From: Octopus sinensis
Taxonomy: Eukaryota
Length of the DNA: 64,000 bases
Assembly: GCF_006345805.1 (NCBI RefSeq)
Contig: NC_043025.1
Span: 2,480,001 to 2,544,000 of the forward strand
Direction of reading: 5' to 3'
The notes beneath the pieces were generated by a model, which was given only the letters and a program-made list of their open reading frames with translations, did not search any database and was not told where the DNA came from. Position numbers and translations under genes: made by a program. Every line of letters begins with the position of its first letter. The first letter of the stretch is position 1. Below, one piece after another: positions 52,850-64,000 of the stretch.

Positions 52850-54600
52850 AGGAATAACAACCGTGTTTCGTGGTCTGCTACCCCAACAGCTCCTTTATAG
52901 GATCCAGTTAGCTCAAGATATCATCAGGAGGAACCACGTCCGGTTTCCGCCCCTACTCCTCTACCGTTTTGACGTGGCGGGAACCCCCTTTCGGAGGTGT
53001 CTTCAGTTCTGGTGTTGGGTACATGTCTTCGTTCTTCTTTTCCCTGGCCTCTTCGATGTATCGTCAGCGAGTGTCAGCCGGTGACTGACTGTCTTGTCAA
53101 ATTTCTCCCTTTAAATACCTGCCACATAGCCCCAGCTACTTGTCACATGACATTGTCTCACCTTAACTGACTAGAGAAGGCGCTTAGTTTTAGCCCGCGC
53201 TTTTTCTAAACGACCATCACCTGTCAGTCAGCGAAGCTGATTCAGTCAGCCAGTCTCACCTATTGATGTTATTTCCCGTCGGCGTGTTTATACTTTCCTG
53301 CGCTTTTCTACTTTTGGGTACTCTCCCCTATTGTACCTCTCGATCTTCTCCTTGAGTGCTGCGCTTATGACGCTGAGGACTTGATTATGTTGCCAAGTAT
53401 ATCTTTCAAGTGCAAGTCTGCAACTTGACAGAACATGTCTAACCGTCGCTTTCTCTCCGCATCTACACTCATCAATTTTGTTTATGTTCCACCGGGCTAA
53501 ATTCGCCGGTAAAGGTAGAACGTCGAAGGTAGACTTGATCAGGAAAGATGTTCTTGCTTGTTCCCAAGCCCAAAGTTCCTTCCATGATATTCTGCGGTTG
53601 ATCACATATTCCTCCCATCTCAGGCACTGTCCATTTTAACTGCATCGCACAAAATGTACATTTCGCCTTTCTTCTTCCTCCTTTCTCACTTCGTATACCA
53701 CTGCCTCTTTCATCTCTTTTACACTGCTCTTGCAAAATGGCCTGAAATTTTGCGACCCTAGGCTGGTTGTAGCTTCTTGCGTCACTCCGACTATATCTGC
53801 GTGCTTTAGGTTTCCGATAACCCTGTTTACTGCCTCTTCCGCCTTCCATTTCCTCCCTGTTCGTACCTTTGGAGGGTTTTCCCGGATACTCTGATCTTTT
53901 GAATACCTTAGCCTCATTACTGTCCTTGCCTTTCCTGCCTTATATTCTTCGGAGATTGATGTTATTAGTAGTAGCAGCACGGCTTTTCCATATAGTGCAG
54001 TTGTATTCAGTGGTTTTGGCAGACCAAGCCATTTTCTGATAAACACACTGCATCTTTGCTCCATCCTTTCTATTCTACTCGAGGCTATTTCGTACGTTTG
54101 CAATGGCCACATTATTCTTGGGTACAGCCCAAATTGCAGTATCCAACATTTGAATTTTCCCGGCAGCGTTGTTCTGTCAATTGCCTTTAATCCTTGTTCT
54201 ACTAACTCGTGCGTTTCTTTCCCTTGCTTCTTATCATTTAATAAATCTCTATACCATCTGCCGAGACTTTTTACCTGTTGTTCTTTCACCGTTGGTATGT
54301 CTTCACTTCCTATCCTGAATTTCACTTCTTGTCTTCCTTTCACGAAAGTCACGCTTCGAGAGTTTTTGGCTTTGAATTACATCCTTGCCCATCCAATCAG
54401 TTCGTCCAACCGCTCTACCGTTCCCTCTGCTTCTTCTCTATATTTACGATAATATAGTTATGTCGTCCATAAAAGCCTTAATGGTGTCTTAGTAACAGCT
54501 TTCTCACAGTTTGTAGATCTGAGTAGCATTTCCATGACTATCACGACTGATATCGTGCATCCGGCTGCAATACCTATTTCAAGCTGTTGCCACTCCCTAG
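52850..54600 (-). mobile_element. RLE-type non-LTR retrotransposon fragment, HERO-like
   Basis: IAAGCTIS, AFMDD, VKSLGRWY, GKFKCWILQFGLYPRIMWPL, CRCGEKATVRHVLSSC, RYTWQHNQVL. Confidence 0.8.
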
Positions 54601-55039
54601 ATTCAAGTTGTTATGTGCAAAATTTATATTTTTATACGATATATTTATACATTACTAAATTTTTGAATTTTTAAATGCCGGTCTTTAGAGATATAAATGA
54701 GTATATGAAGATTTGTATGTATTTGGTGTTTCTGTGGATTTTGCGATGTTCCTGTAGTTGTTGCTCGCATTGCCTCCCTCGGATATAAGAAAAAGTGTAT
54801 ACAGCTCATTAGAGCACTTCTATTTCCAGTCCGTTGTATATCTTGAGCGTTGTTGTCACTCAAGATATAACTTATATATATATATATATATTATATATAT
54901 TATATATATATATAGCAAATAAGAAAATGAAAGAGAACAATAGTTGGTTCATCAACTTTAGGACATTAAAAATGTTAACTTATTTATTTATTAAACTGAC
55001 AATTATAATTGTTGTTGGCATCTTTTTTGTCTCGGGAGA

Positions 55040-58000
55040 CAATGGAGTTGCGCATAAAATAATCTAGTCCGGCTTTTTAAATTTCATGTCCTAATACATT
55101 TCCTGCTTTGGCTGTGTAGTCCTATCCTGGACAAACACTCCCTCTGGCAGGTGCCGCAAATGTAGCGAAGACTTTTCCTGGCTGGTTGTAATGTCATAGT
55201 TTCTTGTTGACGTCTTTTCTTGCCTTTCCATTTCTCCTCTCTCTCCGCTACTACTTTGTATTCCCTCTTTTACGGAACGTCGCCAATCTCCACGTTTGCT
55301 GACAACTACTTCCTAGTTGCTAATATTAATGTTTCAGGCCTTCATGTCCCTTTCGCAAACATCCTTGTCTCGTAAGAACGGTCTACCCGCACACCTAGTG
55401 CCCCTATCAAGCTCTCCGTAGAGTATGTCCTTGGGGATTCTGCCATCTTGAATACGGCTAACATGTCCAAGCCATCTCATACGTGTGAGGAGTGCAAACA
55501 TGCTTAGTATTCCTGCTTGCTTGAGGACATCTTTGTTGGGGACATGATTCTGCTATTTGATGCGAAGGCTTTTCCAGAGGCAGCGCAGGTGAAAGATATT
55601 TAGGCGACGCTCTTGGCGTGTGAATGGCGTCCAAGTCTCACTTCCATACAGTAGAGTGCTAAGTACACATGCCTGGTAAATCTTCATTTTTGTGTTCTTG
55701 GTCAGCTTAATGTTGACCCATGCTCGTTTCGAGAGTTGGGCCATCACAGCAGATGCTTTGCCAATGCGTATATTGAGCTCAACATCAAGGGATAGGTTGT
55801 AGGTGACGGTAGAGCCAAGATAGGTAAATGTCTCCACCTCCTGTAATCTGTGGTCTCCAATATGTGTGTTTCGGATGTCCGGAGTAGCCTGACCCATGAT
55901 GTTGGTCTTCTTGAGGCTGATAGCTAAGCCAAAATCGTTACATGCCTGCTCACAACAGCTGATGAGCCTTTTTAGGGCTTCTTCTGTGTGTGATACCAGA
56001 GCGGCATCATCAGCAAATAGCATTTCCCTGAGCAGGACGCTTCTGATTTTGGTCTTGCCACGCAGGCGCGAGAGATTGAACAGTTTCCCGTCACTTCTAC
56101 TCTGCAGAAACACTCCATCATCTGATGTCTGAAAGGCATGTGAGAGCAATAGCGAGAAGAAGATGCCAATGTAGGAACAAGGACACAACCTTGCTTTCCT
56201 CCGTTTTTATTTGGAAGGCGGCTGTTGTTGAACCATTGTGCTGTATGGTGCCTTGCATATCATCATGGAAAGACTTGATGATCCTCAGCAGCTTTGGTGG
56301 ACATCCGATTTTTTGGAGTAGGATGAAGAGGCCTTTTCTACTTACCAATGAAGGCCATATAGAATGGTATTTTCTGCTCTCTGGACTTCTCCTGAAGTTG
56401 GCGTATGGAGAATATCATATCAATAGTTGATCTGCTCTTTCTAAAGCCACACAGCAATTTCGGATAAATTCGAGAAGCAATCAGTTGTACCCTGGGCAGG
56501 ATAACGCGAGCAAAGGTCTTTCCAACAGTACGTAGAAGAGATATTCCACGATAATTGTTACAATCACCACAGTCACCTTTGTTTTTGTAAAGCGTAATGA
56601 TGTTAGCATCCCGCATATCTTGAGGAACTGTACGCTCTTCCCAGCACTGACACAGAAGCTCATGATGGTGCCGAAGCAGGATGGTGTTTTAGCCGGCTTT
56701 GATTATCTCTGAGTGGATGCCGTCTTTTCCCGGAGCCTTGTTACTTGCTAGGGAGTCAATAGCCTTGTTGAGCTCTGCTATAGATGTTGGACTGTGAAGT
56801 TCTCACATGACTTGCAAGATCTTGACATTCTCGATTGCAGCCTCAGCTACCGTGGTCTCCCATGAGTAGAGATCCTGGTAGTACTCCACCCATCTGTCCA
56901 TTTTCTTGCTTTGGTCCTTGATGAGATATCCAGTAGTTGATTTCAGAGGGGCTGACTTGGTTGCGGATGGGCCGAGGGTCCTTCTTCAAACCGGCATACA
57001 CCCACCGGGTGTCGCCACTGTCGGCAGCTGACTGGATACTCTGACAGATTTCCTGCCAAATACCTATTTGCACAGTGTCTGGCTGTCAGTTGGGTTATAT
57101 TTTTTGCCTTTCAGATTTCATCGAGTGATTTTGTAGAAGAATCACTCTTGTATTGCATCAGAGCTGCACGCTTTGCTTCGATAACTGGTTCCAGCTCTGA
57201 GAGCCCAGCACTGAACCAATCTGGGTTTTGCCTTTCTCTCATGCCGAAAGTATCTATTGATGTGGTATACAAAGCTTCCCTGATATAATTCCACCTAATT
57301 TCAGCAGAGGAGGTTGGGCAGCTACTGAGGGCAACCTTGATAGAAACAGCAAAACATTTTCGCTGTGTAGGATCCGAGATTCTAGCAGTGTTAATGCGTG
57401 GTCAGCCCATTTTCTTGGAGTGATGGACTTTTTTAGGCAGGATCATCACCATGCTTCCAATTAGTGAGTGATCTGTGTGGTAACTACGGGTCAGGTGAAC
57501 AGAATTCAGAAAGGATCTTCGTGCAATGATGAGATCCATCTGATGCCTGTGGTGAGATCTTGGATTTCTCCAAGATGCCTTGTGTGATGTCTTGTTGGCA
57601 AAGAATGTGTTAGTGATGCGCATGGTATGTGCAAAATTCAAGTAGCCTCTGACCATTGTCATTCATGTTGTCAATATCAAGGTGTCCAACACAAATGGGC
57701 CACGAATCTCCGAGAAGGTAGATGTTTTCATTTGTTGGTATATTTTTAATGACACAGTTGAGATCTATGTAGAACTGGTCCTTGGTCTCCTCTGGGCTGT
57801 AGAGAGTGGGAGCATAGATGCTCAGTAGAAGGTGAAATCCTGTTCTTTGACTTTCCCGTTTGAAGGGATTCTTGGCTCCTGCAGCCCAGCAATGTCTATG
57901 TTAAGCCTGTTTTGTTCACGGTTAATGATGGCCGTCTTTCTTGTGTCTTCAACCCTGAGTAGATCATCAGATATTCCAGGGCACGTGTCCTGACATTCCA

Positions 58001-58480
58001 GCTTGCTAACCGCAGGACGGGTGGTTTCTTGTCTTTTAGCTGCTTGCCTGGTGCAGAGGCTGCATGCCGCTTTTCAAGTCAAACTCTTAGCTCCAAGCAC
58101 CCAATGAAGCAGGCGGCCTGTGGCGGGTCAGCACCTTATTAACTGGGGGCTGCCCAGCTTGAGGTGGGCAGTAGCAAACCAATGGGACACGGAGGTCCCT
58201 CCCACCGTCAGAGGTGACCCGTAGCGCCCATATCTTACGCCAATTTGAATGGACTTATCACTCGTGACTTTACCTCCCGTATTTTTTCTGCCACTTTTTA
58301 CAGCAGCACTGAAGTGTCTTCTCCAGTTTTGCGCAGGCCTGGGCTAGAAATAAGAAAATCCCGGGTAGCCCAATCGTCAGGATTCTTCTCTCGACCTTGC
58401 TGATGTAGTCCAAAGGAGTGCAGAGCATTACGTTTGGCACCAGCTTGGTTGCAGGAGCTGCCGGAAGACTGTCGAATCGA
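55040..58480 (-). mobile_element. RTE LINE (paralog of 13400-17080, same flanks)
   Basis: MLFADDAAL, NYRGISLL, YLGS, LLYGSETW; junction sequences shared with copy A. Confidence 0.95.
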
Positions 58481-59137
58481 ACACTAAACTAATTATAATA
58501 ACATACATAATTATAATAACATACATACATATAGCATATAAGAAAAGGATACAAGTAATTATTGAACAACATGAATATAAATTAGTAAAATAACTTGCAG
58601 CTGTTTCAGCCCATAGATAAAAGTATCTCATTCTGCCTTTATTAATCAAGTGTATTGAGGTAATAGGCAGATGACAATGAGGTACTTGTATATATCTCCA
58701 GGGTTCCTCAGAGATTATCAAGTACAATAATAATTATAAATATGAATATAAAATAAACAAAATACACCAATTTGAATATATATATATATATATTATGGCT
58801 GCTCCCTCGTTATCGAGTATGGCCATTACACGAAGCTTAACTGTTACTGGTTCTGTGATCGAACGTGAGTTTTTGGCCCAGCTAAAGATCTACAATGTCT
58901 TGTACCAAATTGGCAACTAAAACCTTTGCTGGTAATAGACGGCTGCAGTTGTAAGTGGGCTTCATGTACATAAATGTATATACATACATACATACCACAC
59001 ACTATATGGTTATACATAATTAATTATATATATATATATATAATATATATATACATACATATATATATATACATATGTATATATATATATATATATACAT
59101 ACATACATATATGGTTATACATAATTATATATATATA

Positions 59138-59535
59138 GTGGCTGTGTGGCAAGTAGCTTGTTTACCAACCACATGGTTCCGGGTTCAGTCCCACTGCGTG
59201 GCACCTTGGGTGAGTGTCTTCTACTATAGCCTCGGGCCGACCAAATCCTTGTGAGTGTATTTGGTAGATGGAAACTGAAAGAAGCCCGACGTATATATGT
59301 ATATATATATATATGTGTGTGTATGTCTGTGTGTGTGTGTGCGCGCGTGTGTTTGTATGTCTGTGTGTGTGTGTATGCGCGTGTGTATGTCTGTGTTTGT
59401 GTCCCCCCACATCGCTTGACAACCGATTCTCGTGTGTTTATGTACCCTCAATTAGCGGTTCGGCAAAAGAGACCAATGCAATAAGTACTGGGCTTACAAC
59501 GAATAAGTCCCGGGGTCGAGTTGCTCGATTAAAGT
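59138..59535 (+). mobile_element. tRNA-derived SINE (paralog of 17730-18186), 3' end replaced
   Basis: Same A/B boxes and body. Confidence 0.85.
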
Positions 59536-59994
59536 CGGTGAAATCTGATTTTTCCCTGTAAATTTGGATTCATTCCCTAATATTTATTATTATATACATA
59601 TATATATATATATATAGAAATATTAAATTTCTAAATGTCTCGAAGAGACATGAGCGGTGAGTATACATCCACTCTATATATATAAATATATACTGAAACA
59701 TACATACACATCTACATCCATAAGTACATATAATATTCAGTTATTACTAATCTTATTATTATTAATATTAGATTAGGTGTATTCTGCTATTCACAGCAGA
59801 TAGTATATGAAAAATAAAATATAGAATAATAGTTATCGCCATACTAATATGGCATTCTTATACAAATGAGAATAAAGCTGTCCGCTTATTAGCTCCATGA
59901 GGCCATCGCCTTAAGTTAGCTATTTGATACACAAACTGTATCCATATAACCTTCGAACAAGGGAGGTCAGTCGCTCCACACTACTTGATCGACA

Positions 59995-60036
59995 GCTACA
60001 GACGCGTTTCGGGGTATTGCCCCTTTTCAATGTAGC
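59995..60036 (-). ncRNA. Minimal type I hammerhead ribozyme, U3-A8 core variant
   Basis: Minus strand gctaca-TTGAAAA-gggg(caata)cccc-GAAA-cgcg-TC-tgtagc; perfect stems I and II, palindromic stem III, stem I extendable to about 59981-60052. Confidence 0.75.
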
Positions 60037-61244
60037 GTAGTCAGACCAGTAGGTGTCGCTTCTGACAATCTCTGTTCGAAGGTTTTATTTACCTAGTTTC
60101 AGTGGAATACATCCACTTGTTTTCAATAATAGAAATATTAAAATTACTAAGTCTCTCTAAAAGAGATCACGGCAGCGTTCCTGGAAAATAATAGCTGTCG
60201 ACCTTGGCTTTTCTATTTGACGACAGCTGCTTTAAATATTTTATTTCGATTTTATGTATATATGTATGTATATATTTATGTATGAGCCAATGAAGTAGAC
60301 CTCTACAATGTAGCTAGGGGAAATAGCAGCCAAATCTCCCTCAAAAACCCTACTGTTTTAATTCGAAAATGCTACCCATCATGTTGTTTGAATGAGAAAC
60401 TGTAACTAAATGTTAAGGCTATTAACACCAAAATCTTACCTGTTTTAATAGCAATTGATCTTTCTCTTTTTTGCGTAGTTTTTTATGTCAGGTGCAAAAG
60501 TGAAGAGGGTTAACTTGGACGGTGTAAAGTAGTGGAGATGTTTGTTTATTGTATGTGGTGGTTACTTTTGTCCGTTTCTTCTCCATAAGGATAAATGATT
60601 GAAAACGAATCTTAACATAATATATATACAACTTCAAGTGGAATCAGACATCATAAGAGAGACAGAGAGAGGAAAGAAGAGAGACAGCATAGCGATGGTT
60701 TTGGCTGACTGTCATCATGTACCCCACTTGTTGCTAGCTAAATGGTATGTGCTGGCTCTCTGAACAAGCTCGTTGCTTTTAATGGCGGAAAAACAGGACG
60801 AAAAGATTACAAAAATAGCGATTCTTATTTTGAAACCAGCAATTTTGAAAATCTTTTTAGATTACGGAACGCCCTGCTCTCTCATGTGTCCATGTTTAAA
60901 ATTTCAGTGCGATCGGATGACAAATACTCGAGTTATAAGCGCACAAACAGACAGACAGAACGGATTTGATGTATTAGATATATATACATATATATTGTCA
61001 AGAGATGGTAGGGGACAAACACAAGCTCAAAGGTGGTGGTCTCTTTGCGTCTCTGCAAATTAACGCTTCAGCAAAAGGGACTGATAGAATAAATAGCAAA
61101 CTTTATAAAAATAAGTAATGAGTTCGATTTGTTCGAGTAATACTCTTTAATGTGATACTCCAGTATGGTCGCCTTATACTGGCTAGCACAGGGAAGAGAT
61201 AAAAGGTAGGTTCATCCGTACATATATACATGGTCCAAAAACCG

Positions 61245-61760
61245 GATTACTATCTCCTAATTTGAAGGGTATCCGTTTGCAATCCAGGAACAGGAAATAT
61301 CAACCAATACCTAATGCACAAAAGGGACAAAGAGGCAGGCAAAACAGTAAAGCGTGACAGCCGATGCAGATTACGTGGCGGTAACACTGAAGATATCACC
61401 CATATTACAAGCAGTTGTCCGAAAATGTCATCATGATATCTACCGATGTGACATGATGTAGCTAGGACACTGTATATTGAAATCCGTCGGAAGGTTAATT
61501 CCAAATATAAAGAAATATAATCCCACAATATGGTGCAAGCTAAAACCGCTACCAATAAAATGGAGTGCTGCCGGAATGTCCCAGGGGAAATCCCAATGTA
61601 ATGTAAACATAATAGACCTGACATGGTGATTTGGGATTGAGGAGAGAAACTGTGTACACTTGTGGAAATCAGCTGCCCAGTGGATGTTAACATGAAGCTA
61701 AAGATCAACGAAAAAGAAAATACCTTCGTTGAACTATTGAGTAATCTGCAGGAATTCTTC
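61245..61760 (+). mobile_element. R4/Dong-like non-LTR remnant (zinc knuckle + restriction-like endonuclease)
   Basis: Plus frame reads CRLRG..EDITHITSSC..HDV..HNRPDMVIWD..LVEISCPVDVN..EKE with stops. Confidence 0.7.
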
Positions 61761-62051
61761 ATTTCATCCTCATCCCATTGTTCTCCTCCTCTTCTTTTTC
61801 ATCTGAATTGTTAGAATATTCAGGGATAATATCAATATCAACATTCTCATCCGCTTTCTCGTCATATTCATCCTCATCTCAACATTCAACATCGTATTTA
61901 TGATGGACATTATCGCTGTCATCATCATCATCATCATCTTCGTCATCATCATCACGATCATAATATTGATTGTCATCATCGTCTCACCCTTCTCTCTCAT
62001 TGTCCTCTTTTCTCACTTTATCTGATTCTTAATACTCAACATTTATTATTT

Positions 62052-64000
62052 CAGTAGCGGGATCCATGAATATTCCACGGAATTAATTATAAAACTTTTC
62101 GGTGACTCCTGAAAAATTTATCAAAAAAATCTGAAATCGTAGACTGTGTTGTGTGTGTATGAAAAGAATGTTTCTCATCTGCTATTCAATGAAAATTGAA
62201 GGAAACTGAAATACGATGATTACTTAATGCACTTTATATATGTACTTTATATACTTCATGTACGATGTTATAGACTTAATACACAGCAATCATAAAATAA
62301 ATATTTAATATTTTTTCCATATACCCCATAGAGAGAAAAATTACACTTTAAAATTTACATGGCCACAAATTCATATCAAGAAAACAAAAATATTATAGTA
62401 AAAAAATTATTTTATAGGTAAAACATAGGGTTGAAAATTTAATGCAACATGGCATCGTCTGAAAGCCACATCGTTGGTAGTTCATAAGAAAGGCGGTGCA
62501 TCAGAGCTTATACATATTTCAATTTGCGTACACCTTTCAATCCAATACTTCGTTACAGATTGTGTTGTTCGCGTAACTTCTCCCTCTTCTTTTCCCTTGT
62601 TTGTCAGTGTTGATAACTTTAACTTTATATCAGATAATGTTTGTGAGCCCTTGGGAAACAACATATAGCTGACCATTAATACGCAGGTTCAAGCAAGAAT
62701 AGCTCCAGTTTATCAAATGTCTGCCCACTCGATTAATTGATTGTCATTGCAATTGTCAAGCGAACGGGGTTTGGTATCTCAGTACCAGCCTTATTCTGTG
62801 AATGAGAATACGTCTCCCGATCAATGTGCCACTTATTATTGAGGCTTCAATGGAGTCTTGATGGAGGGCTTCCCCTTTCAGTCTTGTTCCGTTATAGAGA
62901 CCATTTTCAATTGAAATATTCCTCAGGAGCATGATTATGGAGTCAGGTTTCAAATGCAATCTAGGAGGTGGCATTCCAGATGGTGTCCATGAAATCAGAA
63001 ATTCCAGTGGATATCGCTCAGCTTCAGCAGGTCATCTGTGAAGACCTTATCCATCATGTAATAAAAGCACTGGTCACCTGGGAGTTTATCCATAACCCCT
63101 TCGTTTATCTTTAAGCAGTCTGAACCTTTTGGTGAGAGGATCACTCTACTTGTTCTTTGTTCTTGAGGGGCATTGCCAAAAAGCATCATTTATCAGCGAC
63201 CCATTAAAGCATGAATCACATAGCACGTTTACATCACTGACTCACCTGGATCTTGCATAAGAGCTGCGGAACAATTATCAAGGTGTTGTGGCCATGTTGC
63301 GAATTGTCTTCGATCTATTACTGCTCTATTTTGGCTCAACATATAAATGTCTGAAGTGTAACCAGAGAGGAGAGTTCTTAATGGAGATCTGAATTACTGC
63401 CTCACGAGTTCCTCTTGGCAATATTGGCAGAACTTGCTTGAAGTCTCTACCAATGAGCACAACTTTTCAACCGAAACCTTCATTGTTGCCAGTGATTTCT
63501 TTCAGAGCTTTGTCATTAGCAGGAAAAGCATACAGAGGGATCATGGAAGCCTCATCTATAATGATCAAATACAAATTTCTCAAATAATTTCTGGTCAGAG
63601 CTGGGTGGTACACTGCAAAAGCTAGTTTCCAACAGAGGAACGGGAAATTTGAGCAAACTGTGCACCGTCCCTCCACCAGACATCAATGTTGAAGCTATGC
63701 TTCTGCACGCACCACTTGATAGTTTCTCCTTCGTCTCCTTCGTAGATGTGAGATCAGCGTATTAAATATGTAATTCTTGTCCCAACCTCCAGGAACCTCT
63801 GCATAGAAGCAGGAACATTCCAGCACCTCACCTCACCTTTTCTTATCAACTGTCTTCAATGACTGCATCAGCGATCACTCTCTGTTCATCGGTAACGGTT
63901 GCAATGCCGGGGTGGTTCATGTCATGTTTATGCCCTACCCGTTACACTCGAACTGGTTCAGACAAGCCAATATTAAGACCTCTAATGCCATTTTCAATTT
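62052..64000 (-). mobile_element. Helitron PIF1-helicase region and 3' end, runs off the window
   Basis: IIIDEASM, MPPPRLHLKPDSIIMLLRNI..GLYNGTRL; subterminal hairpin (minus strand ccgtggaatattcatgg) near 62064-62080. Confidence 0.88.

Larger units (their letters stand above)
37854..59828 (+). repeat. Segmental direct duplication, copy B
   Basis: Colinear with 1-18509; lacks about 8620-10587 and SINE 10894-11276, and has an extra ~5.9-kb block (48976-54870). Confidence 0.95.

Noticed and set aside
52858-52935. Minus-strand CTGATGA..GAAAC in the HERO-like 3' region
   Set aside because: Stems I and II do not pair convincingly.

Overview
AT-rich, microsatellite- and transposon-dense eukaryotic DNA. 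The SINE families and (TA)n/(TACA)n/(CTT)n load look like an octopus (coleoid cephalopod) genome; this is inference. Almost all six-frame ORFs are simple-repeat artefacts or decayed transposons (Gypsy, Helitron, RTE, L1/Tx1, Penelope-like, HERO-like, R4/Dong-like, mariner, CR1-like, SINEs). The window holds a large direct duplication (1-18509 vs 37854-59828). The only host-gene coding signal I found is one 72-bp, phase 2-2 leucine-rich-repeat (LRR) exon per copy (7855-7926 and 45848-45919). The two exons differ at 18 of 72 nt, and every changed codon changes the amino acid. The multi-nucleotide changes fall mainly on the predicted concave ligand-binding face, while the flanking intron is about 98% identical. 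This suggests a hypervariable LRR receptor built from duplicated giant exon+intron cassettes. The introns also carry many minimal hammerhead-ribozyme motifs from Penelope-like elements, including compensatory U3-A8 core variants and a young 546-bp tandem array.
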